Assembly: GCA_963765205.1 (NCBI GenBank)
Contig: CAVXVB010000009.1
Span: forward strand, 960,001 to 1,024,000
DNA: 64,000 nt
Reading direction: 5' to 3'
Origin: an uncultured Verrucomicrobiae bacterium
Lineage (GTDB): Bacteria > Verrucomicrobiota > Verrucomicrobiia > Opitutales > JABDGR01
Below the pieces are notes generated by a model that saw only the letters and a program-made list of their open reading frames with translations, ran no database searches and was not told the origin of the DNA. A program made the position numbers and the translations under genes. Shown piece by piece: positions 52,373 through 64,000 of this stretch; position 1 is the stretch's first letter, and the number at the start of each line of letters is the position of its first letter.

Positions 52373-53632
52373 TCACGCAAAGAGCTTTCTAACTTTGACC
52401 AAAGCCGCGGCCAATCGGTCCGCCTCCGCGCGGGTGTTGTAAAAGGCAAACGAGGCCCGCGCGGTGCCGGGCAGGCCGAGGCGCTTCATCAGCGGCATGC
52501 AGCAGTGATGCCCGGCGCGGATGGCGATGCCTTCGTTGTCGAGCACTGTGCCGATGTCGTGCGGATGCACGTCGTCCATCACAAACGAGAGCACGCCGAC
52601 CTTTTCCGGCGCTTCGCCGATGACGCGCACGCCCCGCACGGCGGCCACAGCATCGGTTGCATAGGCCAGCAAGGCGCTTTCGTAGGCGGACAGTGCAGCA
52701 TGGTCGAATTTCGCCAGATACTGGATCGCGGCGGCCAAGCCGATGGCACCGCTGATGTCCGGCGTGCCGGCCTCGAAGCGTTCCGGCAGGCCGCGATAGG
52801 TTGTTTTCTCGAACGAGACGCGCTCGATCATGTCGCCGCCGCCTTGGTAGGGCGGCATTTTCTCCAACCGCGCGGCTTTGCCATAGAGCACGCCGATGCC
52901 GGTCGGCCCAAACACTTTGTGGCCGGAAAAGGCGTAAAAATCGCAGTCCAGCGCCTGCACGTCCACGCGCAGGTGCGCGGCCGATTGCGCGCCGTCCACC
53001 AGCGAGACCGCGCCGACGGCCCGCGCGCGCCGGATCAGTTCGCGCACGGGGTTGATCGTGCCCAGCGCATTCGAAACATGGGTGAGCGCCAGCAGCTTCA
53101 CGCGCGGCGTCAGCAATTTGTCAATGCCCGCCAAATCCAGTTCGCCGCGATCCGTCACCGGGATGACCTTGATCACCGCGCCGGTGGCCTCGGCGGCCAT
53201 CTGCCACGGCACGATGTTCGCATGGTGTTCCATGGCGGTGAGCAAAATCTCGTCGCCCGCGCGCAGGTTGGTGCGGCCCCAACTCGCGGCGACCAAGTTG
53301 ATGCCCTCGGTCGTGCCGCGCACAAAAATGCACTCGCGCGGCTCGGCGGCGTTGAGAAACTGGGCCACCGTGATGCGCGCGCGGTCGTAGGCGTCGGTCG
53401 CCTCGGCACTGAGGTAATGCACGCCGCGGTGGATGTTCGCGTTGGTCGCGGCGTAGTAATGGCTGACGGCATCCAGCACCGCCTGCGGCTTCTGTGCCGT
53501 GGCGGCATTGTCGAGGTAAACGAGCGCGTGCGCGCCAACCTGCGTGTCGAGAATGGGAAAATCCCCGCGCACAGCGGCAACGTCGAACGCCGGGACGGTC
53601 TTGGTTCTGGTGGCTGTCTTGGTCATGGCCAA
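52373..53632 (-). CDS. sufS: Cysteine desulfurase, SufS type
   Basis: [26 protein letters not shown] and [10 protein letters not shown]. Confidence 0.95.
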   Translation of the reverse strand: MAMTKTATRTKTVPAFDVAAVRGDFPILDTQVGAHALVYLDNAATAQKPQAVLDAVSHYYAATNANIHRGVHYLSAEATDAYDRARITVAQFLNAAEPRECIFVRGTTEGINLVAASWGRTNLRAGDEILLTAMEHHANIVPWQMAAEATGAVIKVIPVTDRGELDLAGIDKLLTPRVKLLALTHVSNALGTINPVRELIRRARAVGAVSLVDGAQSAAHLRVDVQALDCDFYAFSGHKVFGPTGIGVLYGKAARLEKMPPYQGGGDMIERVSFEKTTYRGLPERFEAGTPDISGAIGLAAAIQYLAKFDHAALSAYESALLAYATDAVAAVRGVRVIGEAPEKVGVLSFVMDDVHPHDIGTVLDNEGIAIRAGHHCCMPLMKRLGLPGTARASFAFYNTRAEADRLAAALVKVRKLFA

Positions 53633-53681
53633 GCGGTAAAGTTAACGGGAAAAAACGCGCAGTGCAACAAGGATGCGCCCC

Positions 53682-55256
53682 TCACGCCCATTTGCGACGT
53701 TCGCGCAGCATGAGGTGGGCGACGTTGTGGCCGCTGGCGCCCCAGACGCCGCCGCCGGGGTGCGTGCTCGCACCCGTAAGGTAAAGCCCGCGAATACCCG
53801 GCACGCGGTGGGAGGAAAGCTCTGGCATGGGGCGAAAGGTAAACATCTGGTCAATGCTCATTTCGAGGTGCATCACGTTGCCGCGGTGCATGTCGTGGAG
53901 GCGTTCGATGGCGAGCGGCGTCTGAATATAACGGTCGAGCACCTTGGCCTGGGTGCCTGGCGCATAGGCCTCGACGGCCGCCAGCAGCTTGTCAGCCTCG
54001 CGCTCGGCGATGTCGTCCCACTTTTCGCCGTTGCGCAATTCGTAGGCGTGATACTGGCCCCAGACGAACATGACATGCCGGCCCGGCGGCGCGAGGGTGT
54101 CGTCCAGCGCGGAAAAGGTCATCACCAGCGGCACCGGCCGCGCGGGCGGGCGGCCCGCGGACCAGTCGCCGTAGGCGTCGGCCATGGCGGCGCGCGAGGG
54201 GCATAGCAATTGCAAGCCCTGGTGGCATTCGCCCACTCCGCGCGGGTCGAGCGACTGGCCGGGATACGCGGGCAGCCCGCTCATCGCGCAGCGCACAATC
54301 ATGCCGAAGCCGTTGCCCAGCCGCAATGTGGCCGAGCGTTCGCGCACGCGCGTGGGCAAATCGGTCGCATTGGCCAGCAATTTATCGAGCGTCGTTTTAA
54401 TATGGCACGCGGCGATGACGGCGCGCGCCTCGTAACGCCCGCCGTTTTCCAGCCGCACACCCCGCGCGCGCCCGCGACCATCTGTCTCAATGGCGGCCAC
54501 CGGAGCGTTTTCGAAAACCTCTCCGCCGTCGGCGAGAATGCGCTTTTTCAACGCCTGCGTGAGCGCACCGCTGCCACCGCGCGCGCGCTTCATGCCGCTG
54601 CGGTGATACATCGCGTGCCAGCCCGCAAAATCGCCGCTGGCCGCCTCGTTCGGAGGCGGGCCGGATTGGGCCGCCAGCCAGATGATGGCCGTGCGGAGCG
54701 ACTCGTGGGAAAACGTCTCCTCGACCAACTGGCCATAGGGCGCCAGGAGTAACCGGAGCATATTGGTGCGGTCGTGCCCGCGCAGTGTACGCCCGAAGAG
54801 CGAACGGACGAGATTCCACGGCGTCGGAGGGCGCAGGAACGCGGCGAACACGCCTTCATTCAATTCGCCCCAGGCCTCGCAAAATTTTTCATAGGCGTCG
54901 GCGTCGCGCGGGCTGATTTTGGCGATGCTGTCGCAGGTGCGCCGCACGTCGCGGTAAAAACTAATGCTCTCGTTTGTGCCTGCGATCGGATGCCAGGCCC
55001 ACGGATCCATCTCCAGGTATTCCAGGCCGAAGCGGGCCAGCTCCAAATCCGCCAGCACGGGCGTCTGGTGAATCATCACGTGCGCGGAGGAGCCAACGTC
55101 AATTTTGTAGCCCGGAATCAAGTCGTCCTGGGTGCAGACCGCGCCGCCGACGATATGACGGCGTTCAAATACGGCGACCTTGCAGCCCGCCTTCGCCAGA
55201 TAAGCGGCGGCAATCAGGCCATTGTGCCCCGATCCAACGACAGCCACGTCATACAT
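53682..55256 (-). CDS. Phytoene desaturase-like FAD-dependent oxidoreductase
   Basis: VVGSGHNGL.AA.YLA, VGGA and GLYLTGASTHPGGGV.G.SG.N.A. Confidence 0.88.
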   Translation of the reverse strand: MYDVAVVGSGHNGLIAAAYLAKAGCKVAVFERRHIVGGAVCTQDDLIPGYKIDVGSSAHVMIHQTPVLADLELARFGLEYLEMDPWAWHPIAGTNESISFYRDVRRTCDSIAKISPRDADAYEKFCEAWGELNEGVFAAFLRPPTPWNLVRSLFGRTLRGHDRTNMLRLLLAPYGQLVEETFSHESLRTAIIWLAAQSGPPPNEAASGDFAGWHAMYHRSGMKRARGGSGALTQALKKRILADGGEVFENAPVAAIETDGRGRARGVRLENGGRYEARAVIAACHIKTTLDKLLANATDLPTRVRERSATLRLGNGFGMIVRCAMSGLPAYPGQSLDPRGVGECHQGLQLLCPSRAAMADAYGDWSAGRPPARPVPLVMTFSALDDTLAPPGRHVMFVWGQYHAYELRNGEKWDDIAEREADKLLAAVEAYAPGTQAKVLDRYIQTPLAIERLHDMHRGNVMHLEMSIDQMFTFRPMPELSSHRVPGIRGLYLTGASTHPGGGVWGASGHNVAHLMLRERRKWA

Positions 55257-55266
55257 AAGGGGAATC

Positions 55267-55386
55267 AACATCCAACATCGAACTTCGAACTTTCAACATC
55301 CAATGAAGAATAAAAGCCCGGCAGTAACTGGATTGCTTTTGCCTTAAATTGGATGTTCGATGTTGGGCGTTCGATGTTGGATGTTG
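55267..55386. repeat. Inverted heptamer arms (AACATCC/AACATCG)n / (GGATGTT/CGATGTT)n
   Basis: aacatccaacatcgaacttcgaactttcaacatccaa ... ttggatgttcgatgttgggcgttcgatgttggatgtt. Confidence 0.82.
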
Positions 55387-55393
55387 AAGAATC

Positions 55394-56260
55394 TCAGATT
55401 CGCGTGCCGTCTTTTTTGACGAGACGCTTGAACGCGGCAGTGATTTTTTTCGTCGCCGGGCCGGGCTTGCCTGAACCGATGACGCGGCCGTCCATTTCAA
55501 TGACAGCGATCACTTCCGCGCCGGTGCCGGTGAGGAAGCATTCGTCAGCAATCCAAACGTCGTAGCGCGTGAGGTTCTTTTCCTCGACCGGCAGCTTCAG
55601 GCTCCGGGCCAGATCGAGCACCGCGCCGCGCGTGATGCCCGCGAGCGCGCCGGCAGAAAACGGCGGCGTGAGCAGCCGGCCCTTGTGGATGAGGAACAGG
55701 TTGTCGCCCGTGCATTCGGCGATGTAGCCCTGGTCGTTCAGCATCACCGCCTCGTGGAAGCCGAGGTTCTGCGCCTCGATTTTCGCCAGAATGTTGTTGA
55801 GGTAGTTGAGCGATTTGACCGTCGGCGGCAGCGCAGCGGGGTTGCAGCGGCGTGTCGGCACGGTAATGATCTTGAGGCCCTGCTCGTAAAACTCCGCCGG
55901 GTAAAGCTGGATTTTGTCCGCAATGATGATCAACTGCGGATTAGAACATGATTTGGGCGACAGGCCCAGGCTGCCCACGCCGCGTGTGACGACGAGACGG
56001 ATGTAGCCGTCTTTCAGCTTGTTCACGCAGCAGGCTTCGCAGGTGGCGGCGGAGATTTCCTTCCGCGTCCAAGGCAGTTGTAAGAGAAGGGCCTTGGCGG
56101 AATATTCGAGCCGTTCGAGGTGCTCCTCTAGCCGGAAAACGCAGCCGTCATAGAGGCGGATGCCCTCAAAGATGCCGTCGCCATAGAGCAGCCCATGGTC
56201 GAGCACGGACACCTTGGCGTCCGCCTGTTCGTAAAATTGGCCGTTGATGTAGACTTTCAT
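55394..56260 (-). CDS. ilvE: Branched-chain amino acid aminotransferase
   Basis: DHGLLYGDGIFEGIR, KSLNYLNNILAKIEA, ECTGDN, LAGITR and FLTGTGAE. Confidence 0.95.
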   Translation of the reverse strand: MKVYINGQFYEQADAKVSVLDHGLLYGDGIFEGIRLYDGCVFRLEEHLERLEYSAKALLLQLPWTRKEISAATCEACCVNKLKDGYIRLVVTRGVGSLGLSPKSCSNPQLIIIADKIQLYPAEFYEQGLKIITVPTRRCNPAALPPTVKSLNYLNNILAKIEAQNLGFHEAVMLNDQGYIAECTGDNLFLIHKGRLLTPPFSAGALAGITRGAVLDLARSLKLPVEEKNLTRYDVWIADECFLTGTGAEVIAVIEMDGRVIGSGKPGPATKKITAAFKRLVKKDGTRI

Positions 56261-56330
56261 GGCGCGGAAATTGCCGACATTGGCACGTCGCAGCGGGCTT
56301 GTCGAGCCTCGGCGCAACGCGGCGAGAGCC

Positions 56331-57749
56331 TCAGCGCAAGGCATCGAGCAGCGCGGCCAGTTTCAAATCGGTCTCGGCTTTTTCGGCGGCGGGGGCGGAG
56401 CCTTCGACGATGCCGGCCCCGGCGAACAACCGCGCGCGGGGGCCGTCCATCAGCGCGGAGCGGATGGCGACGACGAACTCACCGTCGCCGGCCGGGTCAA
56501 ACCAGCCGACCGCGCCGGCATACAAGCCGCGGTCGAAGCGTTCGAGCCGCGCGATGTCGGGCTGGGCGGCGTGGCGCGGCTGGCCGCCGACGGCGGGCGT
56601 GGGGTGCAGGCTGGCCAGCACGTCCAGCAGATGCACGCCGTCGGGCAGGGTCGCGCTTACCGGCGAGCACAAATGCTGGACGTTGGGTAGCAACAACAGC
56701 CGGGCGTGCTCGGCGCGAATGGAGAACAAACCCAGTTCGCGCAGGCGTTTCACGATGGCCTCAACAACGACCTGGTGCTCGTGGAGCTCCTTGGCGCGAC
56801 CGAGCAAATCACGGCCCAGGCGCGTATCCTCGGTCGCCGTCGCGCCACGTGGCGCGGAACTGGCCAGGGCCTCGGTCAGCAATTCACGCCCGCGCACCCG
56901 CGCCAGCCTTTCAGGAGTAGCGCCGATGAAACTCTGGCCCCGGCCATTGGCGAGTGAAAACCCGAAACAGGCGGGAAACTTTTCGCGCAGGTGATTGAGC
57001 GCGTCGAGCGGCAGAAAGGGTGAGGATTGCGTAAGGTCCAACGCGCGGGCCAGCACGATTTTCCGATACACGCCGGCGCGGATGCGATTCAGCGCCTCGG
57101 CCACGGCGGCCTCGAACCAGCCCGCGCCGCCGGTTTCGCTAATTTGGGTAGGCTGCAACGGCTTGGCCGGCGCGGCGAGGGTGTGATAGGGAAACGCGGA
57201 AAATTTGGCATGGGCGGCTTGAACGCGCGCGGCCAATGCCGCCACGTCGGTGTCGGGCGCGACACGGACATTGGCGACTGCCACATAGCGGCCCAAGCTC
57301 GCGGCGACCTGCCATCGAGGCAAAAATACCGTGGCGGGCGCAAAGACTGCGCCGGGCGCGGCTTCCTCGGCAAACGCAAAGCCGGCGAAGAGGTGCGGTC
57401 CGGCGCGCGGGGTGTCGAGATCGCCAATGGTGATAAGGCGCGAGTCAAGCTCCCTGGCCCAATCGCGCACGCCGGCAAAGCGATTTGCCCCGGTAAAAGT
57501 GGCGGACTCGACGGCGTCCGCCCCGGCGATAGCCTCGCCTTCGGCGGGCTTTTCGAGGTAGAAATGCAATTCGTGCGGTTCGTAGATGGACTGCAAGACG
57601 GCCAGCGGGTCAATATGCGGGACTTCGAGCGAGATGTTGCCGAGGCGCGAGCGGCCGTCGCGCCGGGCTTCGTCGCGGCAAAAGTCGAGGAACCCGGCCA
57701 GGGCGGCCGGGTCCCGGCGGGGGAAACGCTCTTCCGGCACGCGGAGCAT
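56331..57749 (-). CDS. menF: Isochorismate synthase
   Basis: KIVLAR, FIGATPERL, KELHEHQVV, VQHL, LHPTPAVGG, RGLYAG and AGAGIV. Confidence 0.85.
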   Translation of the reverse strand: MLRVPEERFPRRDPAALAGFLDFCRDEARRDGRSRLGNISLEVPHIDPLAVLQSIYEPHELHFYLEKPAEGEAIAGADAVESATFTGANRFAGVRDWARELDSRLITIGDLDTPRAGPHLFAGFAFAEEAAPGAVFAPATVFLPRWQVAASLGRYVAVANVRVAPDTDVAALAARVQAAHAKFSAFPYHTLAAPAKPLQPTQISETGGAGWFEAAVAEALNRIRAGVYRKIVLARALDLTQSSPFLPLDALNHLREKFPACFGFSLANGRGQSFIGATPERLARVRGRELLTEALASSAPRGATATEDTRLGRDLLGRAKELHEHQVVVEAIVKRLRELGLFSIRAEHARLLLLPNVQHLCSPVSATLPDGVHLLDVLASLHPTPAVGGQPRHAAQPDIARLERFDRGLYAGAVGWFDPAGDGEFVVAIRSALMDGPRARLFAGAGIVEGSAPAAEKAETDLKLAALLDALR

Positions 57750-57933
57750 GGTTTTTTTTGACAGAATTAACAGAATTTACAGAATTATTATAAGAAATGA
57801 TTAAGTCGGCGAGTACCAGCACGGCGGGAGGCGCGGGGCACAGATGATGTTTCGGTTTAAGGGCCGATGGATTTAACCACGGAGAACACAGAGGACACGG
57901 AAGGGAAATTGTTTTAGGTCTGGCCGTAGTTGA

Positions 57934-59502
57934 CTAAGCCCCCTTCTTTTCCGCTTCGAGTTTCGGAAAGAGAATGACTTTTTCGCCGAGGGGGGCGCCG
58001 GCGAGGGTCGCGCCCCAGGCGAGCTGGCCGTGCCAGAGTTCGACGGGCGGCTGGCCGAGCAGGGCGAGGATGCGCGCGGAAACTTCCGGCATGACCGGGG
58101 TGAGGGTCACGGCGGCGAGACGCACGGCTTCCGCCAGGTGCGCCAACGACGTGGCGAGGCGGGCCGGGTCGGCCGGACTGCCGGACTTGGCGAGCTTCCA
58201 CGGCGCGCGCACGTCCAGGTAGCGATTGATGCTTTTGACGAAGACATTGAGCTTTTCGAGCAGCAGGTGAAACTGAAAACCGTCGCAAAGCGGGTAAATT
58301 TCTGGCGTGAATTTTTCCCACTCGGCGCGCAAGGTCTGCTCAGGTTCCTCAGCAACCGTGGCCGCGGGCACGCGCCCGGCGGCATAGCGCGCGACCATAT
58401 TGAGCAGACGGGCGACGCAATTGCCGAGGTCGTCGGCCAGCTCGCTGTTGTAGCGGGCGGTGAACTGGTTGAGGGAAAAATCCGCGTCCTGCCCGACGGC
58501 CATTTCGCGGATGAGGAAATAGCGGAACGGGTCCGCGCCATGCGAGGCAATCAAATCGAGCGGGCTGAAGCGCTCTTCGCCCGCCGCCTTGGCTTTTTCG
58601 ATGTCGGTTTTCGATTCTTTTTTGCCGCCGCTGAACCACCAGCCATGCACGAGCAGGCGCTGCGGCAGGGGCAGGCCGAGGGCTTTGAGCATGATCGGCC
58701 AATAGACGGCGTGCGGCGGCACGAGGATGTCTTTGCCGATGACGTGCACGTCCGCGGGCCATCGTTCCTCGAACTCCGGCGTGCCGTAGCCGACGGCGGA
58801 AACGTAATTGACCAGCGCGTCGAACCAGACGTAGGTGACGTATTTTTCGTCGAAGGGCAGAGGGATGCCCCAGCCGAGGCGTTCGCGGGGGCGCGAGATA
58901 CAGAGGTCGTTGAGCGGCTCCTTGAGGAATTCGACGACTTGTTTTTGGCGGAAGGCGGGGAAAATCCAATCCGGGTGGTCGCGCAAAAAACCGTTCAGCC
59001 AGGCCCGGTGTGATTCGAGGGGGAAAAAATAGTTGGGTTCGACGACCTCGACGACTTCGCCGTAGATTTCCGGCCACTGGCCGTTGACCTTGTCTTTTTC
59101 GAGGAGGAACTGCTCCTGGCGCGCGCTGTAAAAGCCGCGGTATTCGCCGAGGTAAATCAAGCCCGCATCGAACAGTTTTTGCAGGATGGCGCGGACTACG
59201 TTTTTGTGGCGCGGCTCGGTGGTGCGGAGGTAGTCGTCGTTGGTGATGTGGAGGGTGCGGAGGAGGGTCTGGAACTCGAGGGCGACGGCGTCGCACAGGG
59301 CCTGGGGTTCGATGCCGCGCGCCTGGGCGGATTGCTGGACCTTCTGGCCGTGCTCATCGAGGCCGGTCAGGAAATGCACCGGCGCGCCCCGCAGCCGTTG
59401 AGTGCGCGCCACCACGTCGGCCAGCACTTTTTCATAGGCGTGGCCGAGGTGGGGCGAGCCATTGGCGTAATCAATGGCGGTGGTAATGTAAAAGGGCTTC
59501 AT
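57934..59502 (-). CDS. metG: Methionine-tRNA ligase (short form)
   Basis: FYITTAIDYANGSPHLGHAYE, LTGLDEHGQK, YVWFDALVNY and GKDI. Confidence 0.95.
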   Translation of the reverse strand: MKPFYITTAIDYANGSPHLGHAYEKVLADVVARTQRLRGAPVHFLTGLDEHGQKVQQSAQARGIEPQALCDAVALEFQTLLRTLHITNDDYLRTTEPRHKNVVRAILQKLFDAGLIYLGEYRGFYSARQEQFLLEKDKVNGQWPEIYGEVVEVVEPNYFFPLESHRAWLNGFLRDHPDWIFPAFRQKQVVEFLKEPLNDLCISRPRERLGWGIPLPFDEKYVTYVWFDALVNYVSAVGYGTPEFEERWPADVHVIGKDILVPPHAVYWPIMLKALGLPLPQRLLVHGWWFSGGKKESKTDIEKAKAAGEERFSPLDLIASHGADPFRYFLIREMAVGQDADFSLNQFTARYNSELADDLGNCVARLLNMVARYAAGRVPAATVAEEPEQTLRAEWEKFTPEIYPLCDGFQFHLLLEKLNVFVKSINRYLDVRAPWKLAKSGSPADPARLATSLAHLAEAVRLAAVTLTPVMPEVSARILALLGQPPVELWHGQLAWGATLAGAPLGEKVILFPKLEAEKKGA

Positions 59503-59662
59503 GGTGGCGCGCCGGGGCGCGGGGAAACGGACAATAAAGCGCAAAAAAAGGCACGCGGCAAGCTCCACCATGCCGCCAGAGCCAAATGAGCGAAAGACCG
59601 ATTTTTCGGTTGCAGCCGGCGGGGCGGGCGTTTAGGTTGACCCTTTACACACTACTTTCGCC

Positions 59663-59821
59663 ATGTCCCAACATCCCAGCTTCCGCCTCGGCGTCGGCGC
59701 CTCCGGCAAGAAACGCAACGTACTCAAGCGCTTTGAACGCGTCGAGTTGATGAAGAAACGCGGCCAGTGGAAGGACGGCCGGCGCGTCATGGGGCTGCCG
59801 AAGACGCGGATCGGGGACTAG
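59663..59821 (+). CDS. PVC-superphylum small basic protein (52 aa, not in the ORF track)
   Basis: MSQHPSFRLGVGASGKKRNVLKRFERVELMKKRGQWKDGRRVMGLPKTRIGD*. Confidence 0.88.
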   Translation: MSQHPSFRLGVGASGKKRNVLKRFERVELMKKRGQWKDGRRVMGLPKTRIGD

Positions 59822-60108
59822 CAGAGGGAGGGCCCTGAAGCGACTGAGGTAGCTGAGGCGACTGAAGGGCCAAGGCAAATTGCTGACTTCTGAATACTGA
59901 TTGCTGAATACTCAAAAGCGCGATGGCACTTGGGTTCAGTTTAGACCATTTCCCAATGGGTTATGGATTGAATGGACGATATGGACTGAATGGACCATGG
60001 GGAACGGCTTCTATAGAAGTCCAAGGGCCTCATGGAATTGTTTTTAGGCTGGATGAAAGCCAAATTCTTTAACGCTCCCCAGTCACAGTCGCCGAGTGCC
60101 CTGCCTGC

Positions 60109-62141
<2,033 letters not shown>

Positions 62142-62145
<4 letters not shown>

Positions 62146-63686
62146 AATTTGACGCTCAAACGGTTCATTATTTCGCAGGGTGGTGAATAAGTCAACCCTA
62201 GAGCGGCGTGGTTCGCCGACGTGAGGCGAAGGTCGTGCACCGGTGGCAAACCCGGCGTCCATAAGGGTTCATTTTGAGCATTACAGACAACGGGGAGGTG
62301 CGGTCGTTCCTTCGCAGGAATCTTTTTATCGGTAAACAAGTCCTGGAGCTTACGCCGGCCCGGCGCCCCCAGCGGACGGTAGCGGTCCCCGGGATGCCAG
62401 GAACGCACAAAAAGAACCAAGCCGGCCGATTTTTTCGGCAGTGCAAGATAGGCCTGGGTGGCGGGGTTGACCTGTCCCTCACGCAATTCCCTGAGCAGTT
62501 TCAGGTCCACAACCACGCGCCGCACGCACAATTGCGCGCCGTCGGGCAACTGCACCGCTTCCCCCGCAGTCAACCGGAACGGCCCCCAGGGTGTATTCGC
62601 GCCGGTTTCGCCGCCCATTAGCAAAAGTTTAACTTTATCCAGCACCATCCAGCGGCCCGGCCCAGCGCTCCAGCGGCCCGGCTGCGCGGCCAGCACGGCT
62701 TCGAGCAGGGTGTCGAAGGCCCGGGCGTTCAGGCTTTCCCGCGCTTCGTTGAGATAGAGCCACGAATGCAAGGCGCGCCGAACAATGGCGCGGGGCTGGC
62801 CGGCCATCCGCGCCAACGGCAAAGGCTCACCCACCGGCAAATCGCGCAAGAGGGCTTCGGTCAGGTTTTCGAGCGCCTCGGCGTCCTCTTCCAAGGCGGC
62901 CCGCGCGCGGGCCGCGCCGGCATTCAAATCACGGTTCGGCTCGGCCAACTGCCAAGCCGGCAGCACTTGGTGGCGGAGGCGGTTGCGCAGGTAATGTCCT
63001 TCGGCGTTGCTCGAATCCTCGCGCCAAACCGCGCCGGCTTTCCGCAAAGCCTCGCGCAATTCAGCACGTTCAAGATCAAGCAAGGGCCGCAACGGCACCA
63101 TACCATCGGGAAACTCGCGCACCGGCCGCGGGGCGCACAGGCCGCTGGCGCCAAAGCCGCGCGCGAGGCGCATCAACATGGTCTCGGCAATATCGTCGCG
63201 CTGGTGGCCGAAAAAGATGAGGCGGGCCTGATGCGCGGCCAGTTGTTCGCGGAAAAACTTCATGCGCGCCTCGCGCAACGCCGCCTCGTTGATCGCGCCG
63301 CCCGGCGCGCGCCGCGCGGTGGCAACGGACAGGCCCAGGGCCTTCGCCAGCTTCTGGACAAATTTGGCGTCGTCCGCTGAATCCGGCCGCAGGGCGTGGT
63401 CGAAGTGGAGCACTAGCATCTGCTTTCGCTTTTTCGGAAAATGCGCCCAGAGCAACAACAGCGACGCCACCGAGTCCGCCCCCCCGGAAACGGCGACTGC
63501 CCAAGTTTCGTTCTCGCGCGCGTGCTGCTCCAGCCACGTCCGCACCCGCGGATGGAGGCGCACGACGGGGAGGGCGGCACCGAGCCGGGCGGCGGCCACT
63601 CGCCATGGGCGTGTGCCGACTTTGGGGGAGACCTGATGGGGCGTGGACATGGACGATTGAGCCGCTGCCGCCATCAGCCTGGCCAT
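62142..63686 (-). CDS. tilS: tRNA(Ile)-lysidine synthetase
   Basis: AVSGGADS, H.DH.LR, GHQRDDIAET, DSSN...YLRNRLR; C-terminal PGDRY.PLG....KLQDLF; directly upstream of ftsH. Confidence 0.95.
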
Positions 63687-64000
63687 TGACCAAAAGTAGC
63701 GCGACCCTTTTCCTTTTGCCGCCGTGCCCGCCGGGTGGATTGATCGCGCTCGAGTTTGGACTCTCCCGGCAACCGGCCCTGCTGCGCCGCCCTGCGACGA
63801 TAATTCAAAAAGATATGTTCGTGCCTGCCGATATCCGTCAGCCGAACTTCCTGGCCTACGCGCTTGTAGATTATAACGACATCATTATCCAAATGCGCAT
63901 CCCAGTATCCCTGCCATTCCCGGGTCGACAGATGCTCGTTCCATTCCGGCGGCAGACGATCATGCTCGTGCAACGCTTCCACAAACGCTTGAAAGTTCAC
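63674..64000 (-). CDS. YafQ-like type II toxin (partial, 5' end outside the window)
   Basis: LPPEWNEH....W.GYWDAHL..D.VIIY......RL..IG.H...F. Confidence 0.65.
   Translation of the reverse strand: MNFQAFVEALHEHDRLPPEWNEHLSTREWQGYWDAHLDNDVVIIYKRVGQEVRLTDIGRHEHIFLNYRRRAAQQGRLPGESKLERDQSTRRARRQKEKGRATFGQWPG

Noticed and set aside
53682..55256. Carotenoid or hopanoid biosynthesis gene
   Set aside because: Belongs to the broad phytoene-desaturase-like family; no crtB, crtE or hpnCDE nearby
56331..57749. Isochorismate synthase as starter supplier for the PKS cluster or a siderophore
   Set aside because: It lies 23 kb away among housekeeping genes with no NRPS or entAB; menaquinone synthesis is the simpler explanation

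Overview
A GC-rich bacterial chromosome segment. It is most likely Verrucomicrobiota/PVC, since it encodes the 52-aa PVC small basic protein (59663-59821, missed by the ORF track) and a GFTLVELL prepilin-type gene. Left part: efp 3' end, a complete IS1595-family element with passenger genes (28-bp perfect IRs, 8-bp TSD), fbaB, a HAD phosphatase, a toxin-antitoxin module bracketed by a 72-bp duplication of the HAD 3' end, a sialate O-acetylesterase, an IS5-family element, gene remnants, and an mdtABC plus outer-membrane-factor efflux operon. Centre (about 18.6-33.0 kb), the main candidate for an undescribed system: a type II PKS/aryl-polyene-like cluster (KS, CLF-like KS, ACP, MMPL, LolA-like, dehydratase, adenylation enzyme, methyltransferase, flavin-dependent halogenase-like protein). 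It is combined with HpnI-like glycosyltransferase and HpnK-like deacetylase genes and a HydE/PylB-like radical SAM gene, and is closed by a comM/yifB 3' remnant. Right part: GH106-like hydrolase, tRNA-Gln(TTG), arnD-like, TetR, ispE, a histidine kinase, a Ski2-like helicase, a transposase-less 586-bp IS1595-like cassette, tadA, hisF, a four-helix-bundle gene flanked by inverted heptamer repeats, sufU/sufS, ilvE, menF-like, metG, ftsH, tilS and a YafQ-like toxin. Many intergenic spacers are inverted arrays of 7- or 9-nt periodic repeats. Several genes, including the normally essential ispE, are frameshifted, which suggests assembly indel errors. All family assignments come from reading motifs by eye; no database searches were run.
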